Positions 11,438-21,771 are shown, numbered from the stretch's first letter. The stretch: 64,000 nt of DNA from an uncultured Phycisphaerales bacterium (GCA_963772725.1 CAVYYI010000001.1:128001-192000), one strand, 5' to 3'. Notes: a model not told the origin generated them from the sequence alone. A program made the numbers and translations.

Positions 11438-13420
11438 CTATTTTCCGCGGCCTTTAACGAGAGCTTCTACAACGTGCGGGTCGGCAAGCGTCGTAATGTC
11501 ACCGAGGTTACTGGTGTCATTTTCAGCAATCTTTCGCAGAATGCGGCGCATAATCTTGCCGGACCTCGTTTTCGGAAGCGCCGGGGCAAACTGTATAACT
11601 TCAGGAACCGCAATGGCGCCAATTTCCTTGCGGACATGTAGAGCAAGTTCTTTTTTCAGTTCATCACTTTCATGAACGCCGTCTTTAACTGTAACAAAGG
11701 CATAGAGGCCCTGCCCTTTAATTTCGTGCGGCATTGGCGTAACGGCTGCTTCGGCAACTTTAGGATGGCTTACAAGTGCGCTTTCAACTTCAGCGGTGCC
11801 GATACGGTGGCCTGAAACATTCACAACGTCGTCGATACGTCCCATCAGCCAAAAATCTCCGTCCTCATCGACTCTGCAGCCGTCGCCGGTGAAGTACATA
11901 TCGTTGTACATAGTGAAGTAGGTGTCGATGAATCTGTCGTGGTCGCCCCACATTGTTCTCATCATACCGGGCCAGGGTTTGCGAATGCAGAGTTTGCCGC
12001 CCTCGTTGGTATCGCACTGTGTTCCATCATCGTGCAGGACAACAGCGTCAACACCGAAGAAAGGTTTGTTAGCGCTGCCTGGTTTTAAGGTATGCGCGCC
12101 GGGCAGGGGGGTAATCATAAATCCGCCTGTTTCGGTCTGCCACCAGGTATCAACGATGGGACATCTGCTGTGTCCGATTTTTTCGTAATACCATATCCAC
12201 GCTTCCGGGTTTATGGGTTCTCCGACGGAGCCGAGAATTCTGAGAGTATCAAGTTTATATTTTGCGGGCCATTCCTCTCCCATTCGCATCAATGCGCGAA
12301 TGGCGGTGGGGGCGGTATAGAAAACGGTAACGCCGAATTTATCGCATACATTCCAGAAACGTCCTGCATCGGGATAGGTGGGGACGCCCTCGAACATAAG
12401 AGATGTCGCGCCGTTAGCCATTGGTCCGTACACTATGTAGCTGTGTCCGGTTACCCAGCCGATATCGGCCGTGCACCAGTAGATGTCGTCATCGTGAATA
12501 TTAAAGACTATTTTGTGGGTAATAGCGGTATGAAGGAGATAACCGCCGGTTGTGTGGACGACTCCCTTAGGTTTTCCTGTTGAGCCGGAAGTATAAAGAA
12601 TAAAGAGCGGGTCTTCTGCGTTCATGTGTTCAGGTTCGCATTTATCGTGCGCTTTGGCCATTTCGTCGTGATACCAGAAATCTCTGCCGGCTTTCATATT
12701 GCAGGGTTCGCCGTTTACCTTGGCGACGATAACGCTTTCAATCGAGGGGGTGTTTTTTAATGCTTCGTCGGCGATATCTTTTAGCTTTATGTGTTTTCCT
12801 GCGCGGAAGGACAGGTTCGCGGTAATAAGCATTTTGCAGTTGGAATCGTTGACGCGGTCTTTAATGGAGTCAGCGCTGAAGCCGCCGAAAATGATGGAAT
12901 GAATAGCGCCGATGCGTGTGCAGGCCAGCATCGCAATGGCCAGTTCCGGCACCATGGGCATATAAATCGCTATGCGGTCGCCTTTTTTAATGCCCTTTGA
13001 TTTCAGCACGTTGGCGAATTTACAGACTTCTTTGTGCAGCTGCTCGTAGGTAAATTTTTCTACTCTGTCTTCCTCCTCGCCCTGCCAGATTAAGGCTGTT
13101 TTTTTAGCGATGGGCGTACCGAGATGGCGGTCGAGGCAGTTATATGAGACGTTCAGGATGCCGTCTTCAAACCAGGTATGCTCAATTTTGCGAGCCTTTG
13201 TGTCCCAGGTGTATTCGAGACTTTTGGTGGGATTCTTAAACCAGGTAAGTGTTTTGGCCTGTTCGAGCCAGAATTTATCTGGTTCATTGATGGATTGCTC
13301 CCACATTTTTTTATATTGCTGCTCGCTAGTTACATAAGCGTTAGCCTGGACTTTTTTTGGTGGCGGAAAAGTCCTGGTTTCAGTCATTAGAGAACTGATA
13401 ATCTTGCGTTCGTTGGCCAT
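11438..13420 (-). CDS. acs: Acetyl-CoA synthetase (AMP-forming)
   Basis: YTSGSTGKPKG, DTWWQTETG, PKTRSGKIMRR (contains the acetylation-target lysine). Confidence 0.96.
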   Translation of the reverse strand: MANERKIISSLMTETRTFPPPKKVQANAYVTSEQQYKKMWEQSINEPDKFWLEQAKTLTWFKNPTKSLEYTWDTKARKIEHTWFEDGILNVSYNCLDRHLGTPIAKKTALIWQGEEEDRVEKFTYEQLHKEVCKFANVLKSKGIKKGDRIAIYMPMVPELAIAMLACTRIGAIHSIIFGGFSADSIKDRVNDSNCKMLITANLSFRAGKHIKLKDIADEALKNTPSIESVIVAKVNGEPCNMKAGRDFWYHDEMAKAHDKCEPEHMNAEDPLFILYTSGSTGKPKGVVHTTGGYLLHTAITHKIVFNIHDDDIYWCTADIGWVTGHSYIVYGPMANGATSLMFEGVPTYPDAGRFWNVCDKFGVTVFYTAPTAIRALMRMGEEWPAKYKLDTLRILGSVGEPINPEAWIWYYEKIGHSRCPIVDTWWQTETGGFMITPLPGAHTLKPGSANKPFFGVDAVVLHDDGTQCDTNEGGKLCIRKPWPGMMRTMWGDHDRFIDTYFTMYNDMYFTGDGCRVDEDGDFWLMGRIDDVVNVSGHRIGTAEVESALVSHPKVAEAAVTPMPHEIKGQGLYAFVTVKDGVHESDELKKELALHVRKEIGAIAVPEVIQFAPALPKTRSGKIMRRILRKIAENDTSNLGDITTLADPHVVEALVKGRGK

Positions 13421-13441
13421 AATTTGCTCCTTTTTGAAATT

Positions 13442-14905
13442 TTAAAACTTGTAAATAAATGACGTTTGTACGCGGAAATCATCCGCATCGCTTTCGTTTA
13501 TACGTTCAGTTTGCCACTGTGAAAGTTCCAGTCCGATTTCGGTGTTTTTGTTAATAGAATAGATGGCGTTGGCGAATATGGAGCGGTTCAGAGTTCTCAT
13601 TTCGACACCAGAACCTGAGCCGACGAGGTCATCACGTTTAGCGGTATCTTCTCCTGCGCCGAGGTTAAATCTCCATTTGTCCCAGGGGCCGAGACCGGCG
13701 GCAATCCACCCGCCGCTGCTGCCGATTTCCTTATCGTAATTTGCGGTGCTTGTCGTCCCGATGTTTCTGACGCCCTGGCCTATGCCGCCCAGATAAGCGT
13801 CAAGATTTGAGCCGGTGTATGCTTCGCCTTTAATGGAAAGCCATTCATTTATTGGCTGGGTAATGTCAAGATTTGTTGACCAGCTTTCAAATTTGCGATT
13901 TTCCGAACTGACGGTTGTACTGGAAGTGGAAAAATATTTTTCTCTGCCGATGTGTCCCGAAACGCCAACAGTTGTCGGTTTATAGGCGAGCATTGGGAAT
14001 GTCAGGCTGACTCTGCCCTGCAGGCTTGGATAGCCGGAATCTTCTCCTGAGGGCTTTCCGGCGAAGTCCGAGTGTCCGATGGTTCTGGCTATGGCGCCTT
14101 CCAACTGGAGGTCAATATCGTTTCTGACGGCGAAAATTTTTGTCAGGCGTATCTGAGGCCTGCGGTAGCCGATGTTTCCTACCCACCAGCCGACGGAATA
14201 ATTGAGTGTAGGTTCAACCAACGGAGAGATAACGTCCGAGGTTTGTCCCGCGATAATGTTAAAGCGTTCCTGCGGCCAATCAATTTTCAAAAAGGCGTGG
14301 CGCATCATAACATGCATCTTATTTTCTCCATCGCCGCTGCCGTAGAAGTCGAACTCTATTTTGCCGCTTGTTTTGATTTCGCCGTCATTTGGTCCATTGA
14401 TTAGGAAACCAATTCTTGTCTCATTAGCAGTCAGATTAAACTGGCTGCTGTCTTTTTTATTTGCTTTGGACTCTACCCACTTGGCGTAATCACCGACAGT
14501 GGTTCGCTCGGTATCATAAGAGGCGTCCGCCTTGATATAGCCATATAACTGGATATCAAGTTCCGACCAGACCGGTTTCTTTTTTTCAGTGTCCTTCTGA
14601 ACCATTGCCAGGAGTTTTTGAATGTCAGCCTCGCTCAATTGCGGCGTAGCGGCGGTTTTGGATTCAGCCTTTTGCGGTTCAGCTTTTGGCGTTTCCGTTT
14701 TTGCTGCCGGCGCCGCTTGTGTCTTTTCTATCTGCTGCTGCATTACCATTTTTTTAAGTTCATCAAGTTCTTTTTCCAGCTTATCAACTCTTTGTTTGAG
14801 CATTGCGTTGTCCTGAGCCAAATCGCCCGTATTATCCCCGAAAGAAGTTCCGACCATAGATGCAAATAATATTGTTACAATTAAAGGTATCCTTTTGCAT
14901 GTCAT
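13442..14905 (-). CDS. DcaP-like outer-membrane porin
   Basis: Signal peptide, coiled coil, LYGYIKAD, EFDFYG, RHAF, GQT, RRPQIR, C-terminal F; lies upstream of acs-satP. Confidence 0.7.
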   Translation of the reverse strand: MTCKRIPLIVTILFASMVGTSFGDNTGDLAQDNAMLKQRVDKLEKELDELKKMVMQQQIEKTQAAPAAKTETPKAEPQKAESKTAATPQLSEADIQKLLAMVQKDTEKKKPVWSELDIQLYGYIKADASYDTERTTVGDYAKWVESKANKKDSSQFNLTANETRIGFLINGPNDGEIKTSGKIEFDFYGSGDGENKMHVMMRHAFLKIDWPQERFNIIAGQTSDVISPLVEPTLNYSVGWWVGNIGYRRPQIRLTKIFAVRNDIDLQLEGAIARTIGHSDFAGKPSGEDSGYPSLQGRVSLTFPMLAYKPTTVGVSGHIGREKYFSTSSTTVSSENRKFESWSTNLDITQPINEWLSIKGEAYTGSNLDAYLGGIGQGVRNIGTTSTANYDKEIGSSGGWIAAGLGPWDKWRFNLGAGEDTAKRDDLVGSGSGVEMRTLNRSIFANAIYSINKNTEIGLELSQWQTERINESDADDFRVQTSFIYKF

Positions 14906-15168
14906 ATTAAGCCTTCCTAACTTTTATAAAGACTCCAAGTCTTTATCCTTTCCTAATTTTGTCTCCTATACCATTAATAAAAACAATCAATTATAAAGCG
15001 ATAATCTGAAACGTCAAGCAGAACATGCCGGATTATTTCAAGATGAAAGGAAATGTTACAGAAACGAACATTTTTACCGTATGTAATTTCATTAGCGTAC
15101 TTATGCTTTACAATGGTGCGGAAATCGAGATAATGTCAGATTAAGAAAAAGACATAAGAGGGAACTTT

Positions 15169-16026
15169 ATGAAGACAGTAAGACAAGTACCGCGGTTAAA
15201 GGCGAGAATGAAGGATGCGCATAAGGGCGATTTCGGCAGGATATGCGTTATCGGCGGCAGTTTCGGGATGAGCGGGGCGGCTGCTTTGATGGGAAGAGCG
15301 GCGCTGCGGGCGGGGGCAGGTCTGGTGCGAGTTGCGGTTCCGAAAAGTATTCTTCCGATAGTCGCGTGTGTTGAGCCTTGTTTTACAACTATATCTCTGG
15401 CGGAGGATACAGCGGGCAGAATTTCGGCAAAGGCGGTCAATGGTATTCTTGAGGCTGTCAGCGAGGATGTTGTCGCGTTCGGGCCGGGAGTGGGGATGAG
15501 CAGCGGGCTTGGGCTGATTGTTGAGACGCTTATAAAGCAGGAAGGGCTGCGGCTGGTTATAGACGCGGACGGGCTGAATAATCTTTGCAGGATAAAAAAC
15601 TGGCCTGATATGTTGAAGGCCAAGCTGGTTATTACGCCGCACCCCGGTGAGATGCGGAGGCTGTGGTCAGGACTTTTCAGACAGGAGCTGCCGGCGGAGC
15701 GTGAGGAGCAGGCGGTTAAGATGGCTAAGGATAGCGGGGCAGTGGTGGTTTTGAAAGGGGCAGGGACTGTGGTCGCGGATAGCCAGCGGGTTTATGTAAA
15801 TACCACTGGTAATCCGGGAATGGCGACGGGTGGAACCGGCGATGTGCTGACAGGGATTATAGCGGCAATGATGGGGCAGGGGCTTGGCGAGTTCGATGCG
15901 GCCGTGCTGGGAGTTTATATTCATGGTCTCGCGGGGGACATAGCGGCGGAGAAAGTCGGGCAGATAAGTTTAATCGCGACAGATATTATAGATTCGCTTG
16001 GCGATGCTTTTATTAGACTGGATTAA
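15169..16026 (+). CDS. nnrD: ADP-dependent NAD(P)H-hydrate dehydratase
   Basis: HKGDFG, GPGVG, IDADGL, ITPHPGE, LKGAGT, GGTGDVLTG. Confidence 0.92.
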   Translation: MKTVRQVPRLKARMKDAHKGDFGRICVIGGSFGMSGAAALMGRAALRAGAGLVRVAVPKSILPIVACVEPCFTTISLAEDTAGRISAKAVNGILEAVSEDVVAFGPGVGMSSGLGLIVETLIKQEGLRLVIDADGLNNLCRIKNWPDMLKAKLVITPHPGEMRRLWSGLFRQELPAEREEQAVKMAKDSGAVVVLKGAGTVVADSQRVYVNTTGNPGMATGGTGDVLTGIIAAMMGQGLGEFDAAVLGVYIHGLAGDIAAEKVGQISLIATDIIDSLGDAFIRLD

Positions 16027-16076
16027 CGGGATTTACATTGATTTAAAAAAAGTAGAATGGTAGAAAGAGGCGAATT

Positions 16077-16418
16077 ATGGCAGACGACGTAAAAGAATTT
16101 TTTGATAACGCACAAAGCAGGACGGCCAAAATGAAAGAGATGGCTCCTGATATGGTTGCCGGGTTTTCGGGTATGTTCGGCAAGATTATGAAAGACGGCG
16201 CACTAACGGCCAAGCAAAAGGAGCTGATTGCTCTTGGTATAGGGGTGGCGGTTCATTGCAAGCCTTGTATAATGGCACATGTACAGAAGTGTCTTTCGCA
16301 TGGCGCAACGAAAGAGGAGATAATGGAGGCGGCGTCTGTGGCGGTTGTGATGGGCGGCGGGCCCGCCTATACTCATATAGCCAATGTCATTGATGCGCTG
16401 GAAATACTGAGCAAATAA
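16077..16418 (+). CDS. Carboxymuconolactone decarboxylase/AhpD family protein
   Basis: KELIALG...HCKPC...H...GAT.EEI.EA...MGGGP. Confidence 0.88.
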   Translation: MADDVKEFFDNAQSRTAKMKEMAPDMVAGFSGMFGKIMKDGALTAKQKELIALGIGVAVHCKPCIMAHVQKCLSHGATKEEIMEAASVAVVMGGGPAYTHIANVIDALEILSK

Positions 16419-16483
16419 ATTGATTATTTGAGGCTTAATATATGGCGGATGAAGTTTTGAATTTAGTTTTGAAGCTTGAAATT

Positions 16484-16706
16484 CGATTTTTACTAAGGCT
16501 AAGCGGTGTTTGATATATCAAACTCGATTTTTACCAAGGAAAAATGATTTTTACTAAGCCTAAACGACGTTCGATACTTCAAAAACCATTTTTACTAAGC
16601 AGGAACGATTTTTAATAAGTTAAAATGATTTTTGCTTAGTTTAAACGGCGTTCGATATTTCAAAAACGATTTTTACTAAGTTGGAACGATTTTTAATAAA
16701 GAAAAA
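16484..16706. repeat. Degenerate tandem array of 20-bp (A) and 21-bp (B) units, order ABAABAAABAA
   Basis: A is approximately YGATTTTTACTAAGnnnnAA (8 copies); B is approximately CGGCGTTCGATATTTCAAAAA (3 copies). Confidence 0.8.
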
Positions 16707-16917
16707 TAAAAAACGAAGCTTCAAATTTGGTTTTTGATGCTTCATTTATGATTCTTATTAAGGAAAAACGGCATTTAACGCTTTATATGCGAAAAATGAA
16801 GCTTCATATATGACTGATCAGCGACAATTATTCTTACCTTCCGGCGACAGTTAAAAGTTCCGGATGAATTAAAGTTGGAATATGCTATCTGAAACTCATT
16901 AAGTCAGGAGATTTCAG

Positions 16918-18405
16918 ATGGTTAAAGACAAACAGGTAAGGAGATTGTTCGCTATGAAAAACAAATGCAAGACCTTATATCAGCTTGCAGACAAGGCTGG
17001 TATAAGCACTAAAACCGCCCGCAAGTATTTAAAAACGGGCGTGCTGCCCAGCCAATGCCAAGCTATCCACGACTGGCCCACCCATCCGGATGCCTTTGCA
17101 GGGGATTGGCCATGGGTTGAAGAATTCCTCAAAAACAACTCCGGTCTTGAATCTAAATCGCTTTTTGAGGCTCTGCAGCGTGAATATCCCGGTAAATACC
17201 AGGACAGCGAATTAAGAACCTTCCAGAGACGAGTAAAACAATGGAAAGCCTTGTCCGGTCCGGCTCAGGAAGTGTTTTTTCCACAAATCTATAAACCCGG
17301 CCAATGGTGCGAATCAGACTTTACCAGGATGAATAAGCTGGGTATCACCATTTGCGGCATACCTTTTATTCACATGCTGTACCATTTTGTATTGTGTTTG
17401 TCGAACTGGGAAACCGTCACGGTATGTTTTTCAGAAAGCTATGAAAGTTTAAGTGCCGGTATTCAAAATGCCCTCTGGAAGTTAGGCGGCATACCACGCT
17501 ATCATAGGACTGATAATTTAACCTGTGCGGTTAACAAGGTAGGCAATCCTGAGGAATTCACGGCTAACTATCAGGGTCTTGCGAATCATTATGGTTTCCA
17601 AAGCTGTAAAATCCAGCCTCACTGTCCGAATGAAAACGGCGATATAGAGCAGCGTCATCACAGGTTAAAGAGAGCTGTTGAACAGGCGTTAATCCTTAGA
17701 GGAAGCAGAGATTTTAACAGCAGGAAAGATTATGAAATGTTTCTTGAAAAGCTGCTCGACCAACTCAATACCGGCCGCACAAAACTCTTGGCCGAAGAGT
17801 TAAAGGTTCTGCGGCAATTGCCAACCCGCAGGCATGAAGATTTCACCAGGGATAAATGCAGGGTAAGTCGTGGCTGCACGGTCCGAGTTCTTAAGAACAG
17901 CTATTCTGTTCACAGCAGGCTTAGGGGAGAAAATGTTGACGTTCGAATATATGCCGAACATATCGAAGTCTGGTATGCTCAAAGAAGAATTGAAGTATTG
18001 CCCAGATTACACGGTGAAAACGGTCATTACATCAATTACCGCCACGTTATAGATACCCTTGTTCGCAAACCCGGGGCGTTTGAGAACTATTGCTATAAAG
18101 ATGATATGTTTCCCACAAGTCAGTTCAGGATCGCATATGATCTCCTGCGTGATCAACATGGGATGAAGCAGGGTAATAAGCAGTATCTGAAAATTCTTGA
18201 ATTAGCTGCCAACGAAAGCCAGACATCTGTCAATGAAGCTTTGCGGTTCCTGATCAACCATGCAGATGCGATTGATTTTGATATGGTAGAACAAATAGTC
18301 AAATCCGAACAACAGCCGCCGGATGTCACTGACGTTTGTGTTGGCGATATTGATCTGAACAGTTATGACTGTCTACTTGAATCGGCGGAGGCACTACTGG
18401 TATGA
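16918..18405 (+). CDS. istA: IS21 transposase IstA
   Basis: ESDFT, TDN, ENGDIE (DDE triad), YSV in the C-terminal part. Confidence 0.92.
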   Translation: MVKDKQVRRLFAMKNKCKTLYQLADKAGISTKTARKYLKTGVLPSQCQAIHDWPTHPDAFAGDWPWVEEFLKNNSGLESKSLFEALQREYPGKYQDSELRTFQRRVKQWKALSGPAQEVFFPQIYKPGQWCESDFTRMNKLGITICGIPFIHMLYHFVLCLSNWETVTVCFSESYESLSAGIQNALWKLGGIPRYHRTDNLTCAVNKVGNPEEFTANYQGLANHYGFQSCKIQPHCPNENGDIEQRHHRLKRAVEQALILRGSRDFNSRKDYEMFLEKLLDQLNTGRTKLLAEELKVLRQLPTRRHEDFTRDKCRVSRGCTVRVLKNSYSVHSRLRGENVDVRIYAEHIEVWYAQRRIEVLPRLHGENGHYINYRHVIDTLVRKPGAFENYCYKDDMFPTSQFRIAYDLLRDQHGMKQGNKQYLKILELAANESQTSVNEALRFLINHADAIDFDMVEQIVKSEQQPPDVTDVCVGDIDLNSYDCLLESAEALLV

Positions 18406-19166
18406 GTAAAAATGATCTGGATAATCAGCTTGTAAACCTTCTCAAAGAACTTCACCTGCCGATGTTCCGTGAATATTACGCCGAGTTCGCTCAGAAGGCT
18501 ATCGCCGAAGATATGGGTTATTCACAATATCTATTGGAATTGGCTCAGCGTGAGTGTGATGTTCGCAGAGCCAATAAAATCGCAAGGCTGGTAAAAGCCT
18601 CAAAGCTTCCTATGGAAAAGACCATGGCAAACTTTGATTTTAAACGTATGCCGTTGAAGATACGTCAGCAGGTCAAAATTCTTTTGGAAGGTTCATTTGT
18701 TGACAGAACAGAGAATATTCTTGCATTTGGCAAACCCGGCAGCGGTAAGACACATTTACTGTGTGGTATCTGTCATGAACTTGCCCGGCAGGGAAAAAAG
18801 GTTTACTTTACTACGTGTGATATGATGTTGCAGGAGTTATTACGAGCCAAGCAGGAGTTGAAGCTGGACAAATGGCTCAAGAAGCTGTCACAGTACGAGG
18901 CATTGATGATAGATGACTTCGGCTATGTCAAACAGAACCGCGAGGAGATGGAGGTGCTGTTTACCTTATTAGCTCATTGTTATGAACGTGGCAGCGTGTT
19001 GATTACCAGCAATCTGCCGTTCAGTAAATGGGAAGTCATCTTTAAGGATCCGATGACCACTGCAGCAGCGATCGACCGGCTGGTACATCATAGTGTGATC
19101 CTTGAATTGAATGTACCGAGCTACCGAGCTGAGGAAGCTCAGAGACGGAAAAATAAGGACACGTAA
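18402..19166 (+). CDS. istB: IS21 helper ATPase IstB
   Basis: GKPGSGKTHL, IDDFGY, ITSN, AIDRLVHH; 4-nt overlap with istA. Confidence 0.95.
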   Translation: MSKNDLDNQLVNLLKELHLPMFREYYAEFAQKAIAEDMGYSQYLLELAQRECDVRRANKIARLVKASKLPMEKTMANFDFKRMPLKIRQQVKILLEGSFVDRTENILAFGKPGSGKTHLLCGICHELARQGKKVYFTTCDMMLQELLRAKQELKLDKWLKKLSQYEALMIDDFGYVKQNREEMEVLFTLLAHCYERGSVLITSNLPFSKWEVIFKDPMTTAAAIDRLVHHSVILELNVPSYRAEEAQRRKNKDT

Positions 19167-19284
19167 TGTCCGAAATTTTGCCCCCCATGGGGGCACCTCC
19201 TAAAGGCTATAAGCTAAGGTAAGTGTTATGAAGTAACGGTAAAAATAACTGTCGTTGAAGGGAAATTATAATTGACGCCGGACA

Positions 19285-19925
19285 CGCATTCTCCCCGGAA
19301 GACCTTTGCAGAGCCTATATCTGGCGCCTTCCCCCGCATTCTCGGTGATGTTATATCTGAAGAAGCCTTACAGCTTCTATACCACATTATTACTGCCCCA
19401 CAAGATGGCGTCAGGCAGCGCTACCGACATTTGGGTTTTGGTGACAAGAAAGGAAATCGGTTAAAAGAACTGCTTTTAGATAACGACTGGATAGAAAGCC
19501 AGACAGTTGAACTTGGTCAGACAAGAAAGGTCTTGTTGAGGCTGACCCGAAAAGCTAAAGAAGCCCTGGGCATAAATAATAAAATCCCAGAATATGGTTC
19601 TTTGGTTCATGAGTATTGGAAGCGATATTATGCACAGCGATTCGAAGAGCAAGGCTACCAGGTGGCTTTTGAAGTCCCCCGAAAATCGGGCTGCACTGAT
19701 GTTGTTGCTATTAAAAATGGTGGGAAAACCGCCATAGAAATCGAGACAGGAAAGTCCGATGCGGTTTGGAATGTAAGGCAGGATTTGCTATCTGGCTATA
19801 ACAAAGTTTTGGTAGTTGCCACGGATGAAAAAGCTTTAAAGATAGTCGAGGAAAAACTTGCTCGTGCTGGACTGATTATTCCAAGAAGGGTTGAGGTGGT
19901 TTTGAGGAATACTTATGAAAATTAA
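19285..19925 (+). pseudogene. 5'-truncated gene: C-terminal wHTH/PD-(D/E)XK-like module paralogous to the 28208-30190 ATPase tail
   Basis: Frame starts inside the IS21 end. GSLVH...TDVVA...AIEIET...N matches GSRLH...IDLAV...ALEVET...N of 28208-30190. Confidence 0.7.
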
Positions 19926-20003
19926 AACACTGTATAACATCTTACAAAAGTGGGGTTCTACAAATAACTATTTGTCAGGTTAAGCAATAAATAATACAGA
20001 TTT

Positions 20004-20480
20004 TTATTGTCCAATTTCTAACAATTTCCATACTTGGAAATCCCTTGGAAAATTGACATTTTTGCGATATCTTTTTTCTTTGTTGCCTCCGTCATAATAA
20101 TTGTAATTTTTTGTTATTGATACATCTCCTATTACTTTCATACCCTTATTTGTGCAATCTATTGGAGATATATAACCCGGTACAAGCCCAAGGTTAATTA
20201 GTTCCTCAACACTCGCAAATCTAACTTTCTTCAATCCTAAAAACACTTTAATTTTTGATATATCCACCTTTCGAGAGCCATCGAGAACAAAAACGATAAA
20301 TTCCTCTTCTGTCACAGAGTAACACTTGAAAATAAGCGTTTTGAGTGTTTTCTCTGGGTATAGTGAGTAAAATTGTTTTATCTGTTCTTGAGTTAAATCA
20401 TCAGTAGCTTCAACAATTTCAATCGGATTTAGATACGATTTATCATTATTAACCATGATTTTCCTTATCTTTCCCCTCAT
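20004..20480 (-). CDS. YbaK/ProX aminoacyl-tRNA editing domain protein
   Basis: KTLIFK, DGSRKVD, ASVEEL, GLVPGYISP, D..I, GGN...KNVNFPRDF (like the ProRS insertion domain). Confidence 0.75.
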   Translation of the reverse strand: MRGKIRKIMVNNDKSYLNPIEIVEATDDLTQEQIKQFYSLYPEKTLKTLIFKCYSVTEEEFIVFVLDGSRKVDISKIKVFLGLKKVRFASVEELINLGLVPGYISPIDCTNKGMKVIGDVSITKNYNYYDGGNKEKRYRKNVNFPRDFQVWKLLEIGQ

Positions 20481-21561
20481 TATGTAAGAATATGCGCGTT
20501 GTTTTTCTTAAAAATGTAGGTTCCTCATCAATAATGGCATAGTTTACTCCTAATTGTGGCCCGGACTTAATTATTTTTTTTAGCGCAATAGGAGTTGTTT
20601 CAATTCTATTTTTTGTGCTGTTTAGGTACAGAGGAACATCCTTACCATCTAATATATTTTTAAGCTGTATATATAAATCCATTAAATTACCTTTGCTGTT
20701 TATAGGAAAAACTACTCCCTTTCTAATGCATCCAGAGCTTGTAATTTCCTCATGAGACAGTCTGATTCTGCTCGCATGACGAGCAAATTTTTTTGAAAGT
20801 GATATACGTTTTGCTTTAGACGTGCAAAAGTTAACATTTATGTCTTTGCCAGTTCTTACGACAAAATCGAGAACGCTTAAAGCAACCTTCCCGCTACCTC
20901 TTGCTGCCTCTGAAACAGTCGTCTTTTGAAATCTCCTATCACTCAACCTTTTTTCATTAGATCTGGAAAACTCCAATTCGTTCAAATTTAAATATTGAAT
21001 TTTGTGTCGTTCCATGAAGTAAACAAGATCTTGCAACTGGTCAAGATTCCCCGGTAATGCTGGCATTTCAATACCAACAACAATACTTGTATCTAACGCT
21101 GGCTGAATAGTTGACCATTGTTTATTGACCATATGTATTCTAATTTCATCCAAACCAGCAATTTCCAAAGCTCTTATTTTGGGACGGGACAATCCCAAGT
21201 TGTTAGTATAAAGATGAATATGAAATTCTTGTCCAAATTGATGTTTAAGTAACTTAATGACCTCACAAGTATAGCTGAAGTTCAAAAGAGGATTTCCTCC
21301 AGTAATTGAAATGCCTTTTGCGCCATATTCTTTTATGTAGTTTACAATTTCTTCGGAAGATTTGGCTTGGAAGTCATCTACCCAAACACGGGAATTTTCA
21401 GTTCTATGTCTAGGAAGTGGACAGTAAAAGCAATTGGCATTACATCTGCCTGTAATAAATAGTGTGGCTTTTTCTCCTTTCATGCAAAATTGGCAGCCCG
21501 TTAAAATATCACCAACAACTGCGTTGCCACAGGGGGTCTTTCTAATGCGTCGCCTTTTCAT
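20449..21561 (-). CDS. Radical SAM protein resembling the archaeal-type PFL-activase-related family
   Basis: GCQFCMKGEKATLFITGRCNANCFYCP (CxxxCxxC), ITGGNP, HIHLYT, GLDEIRIH, LNLNELEFS. Confidence 0.85.
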   Translation of the reverse strand: MKRRRIRKTPCGNAVVGDILTGCQFCMKGEKATLFITGRCNANCFYCPLPRHRTENSRVWVDDFQAKSSEEIVNYIKEYGAKGISITGGNPLLNFSYTCEVIKLLKHQFGQEFHIHLYTNNLGLSRPKIRALEIAGLDEIRIHMVNKQWSTIQPALDTSIVVGIEMPALPGNLDQLQDLVYFMERHKIQYLNLNELEFSRSNEKRLSDRRFQKTTVSEAARGSGKVALSVLDFVVRTGKDINVNFCTSKAKRISLSKKFARHASRIRLSHEEITSSGCIRKGVVFPINSKGNLMDLYIQLKNILDGKDVPLYLNSTKNRIETTPIALKKIIKSGPQLGVNYAIIDEEPTFLRKTTRIFLHNEGKDKENHG

Positions 21562-21771
21562 CCTTTATTACCTTTTTGAGATTTACTCTTCTTACCTGTA
21601 TTTTAACAGAGTTTTCGGTTACAAAGGGAGTTAACACAACTTCTTGGACAGTGTCGTGATTTCGAAAAAGTTTTTTTCCTTTAATATCCATTTTAATGTC
21701 CTTTCTTTAATCATTATAATGTTAACTTACAAGTTCTTAAATGTTTCGTTTATATACGATATAGATAAAGG

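Larger units (their letters stand above)
16815..19284 (+). mobile_element. IS21-family insertion sequence
   Basis: istA-istB pair. Left end TGATCAGCGACAATTATTCTTACCTTCCGGCGACAGTTA aligns with the reverse complement of the right end, TGTCCGGCGTCAATTATAATTTCCCTTCAACGACAGTTA. No flanking direct repeat seen. Confidence 0.88.

Noticed and set aside
16484..16706. Possible CRISPR array
   Set aside because: Units are contiguous and degenerate with no unique spacers, and there are no cas genes in the window
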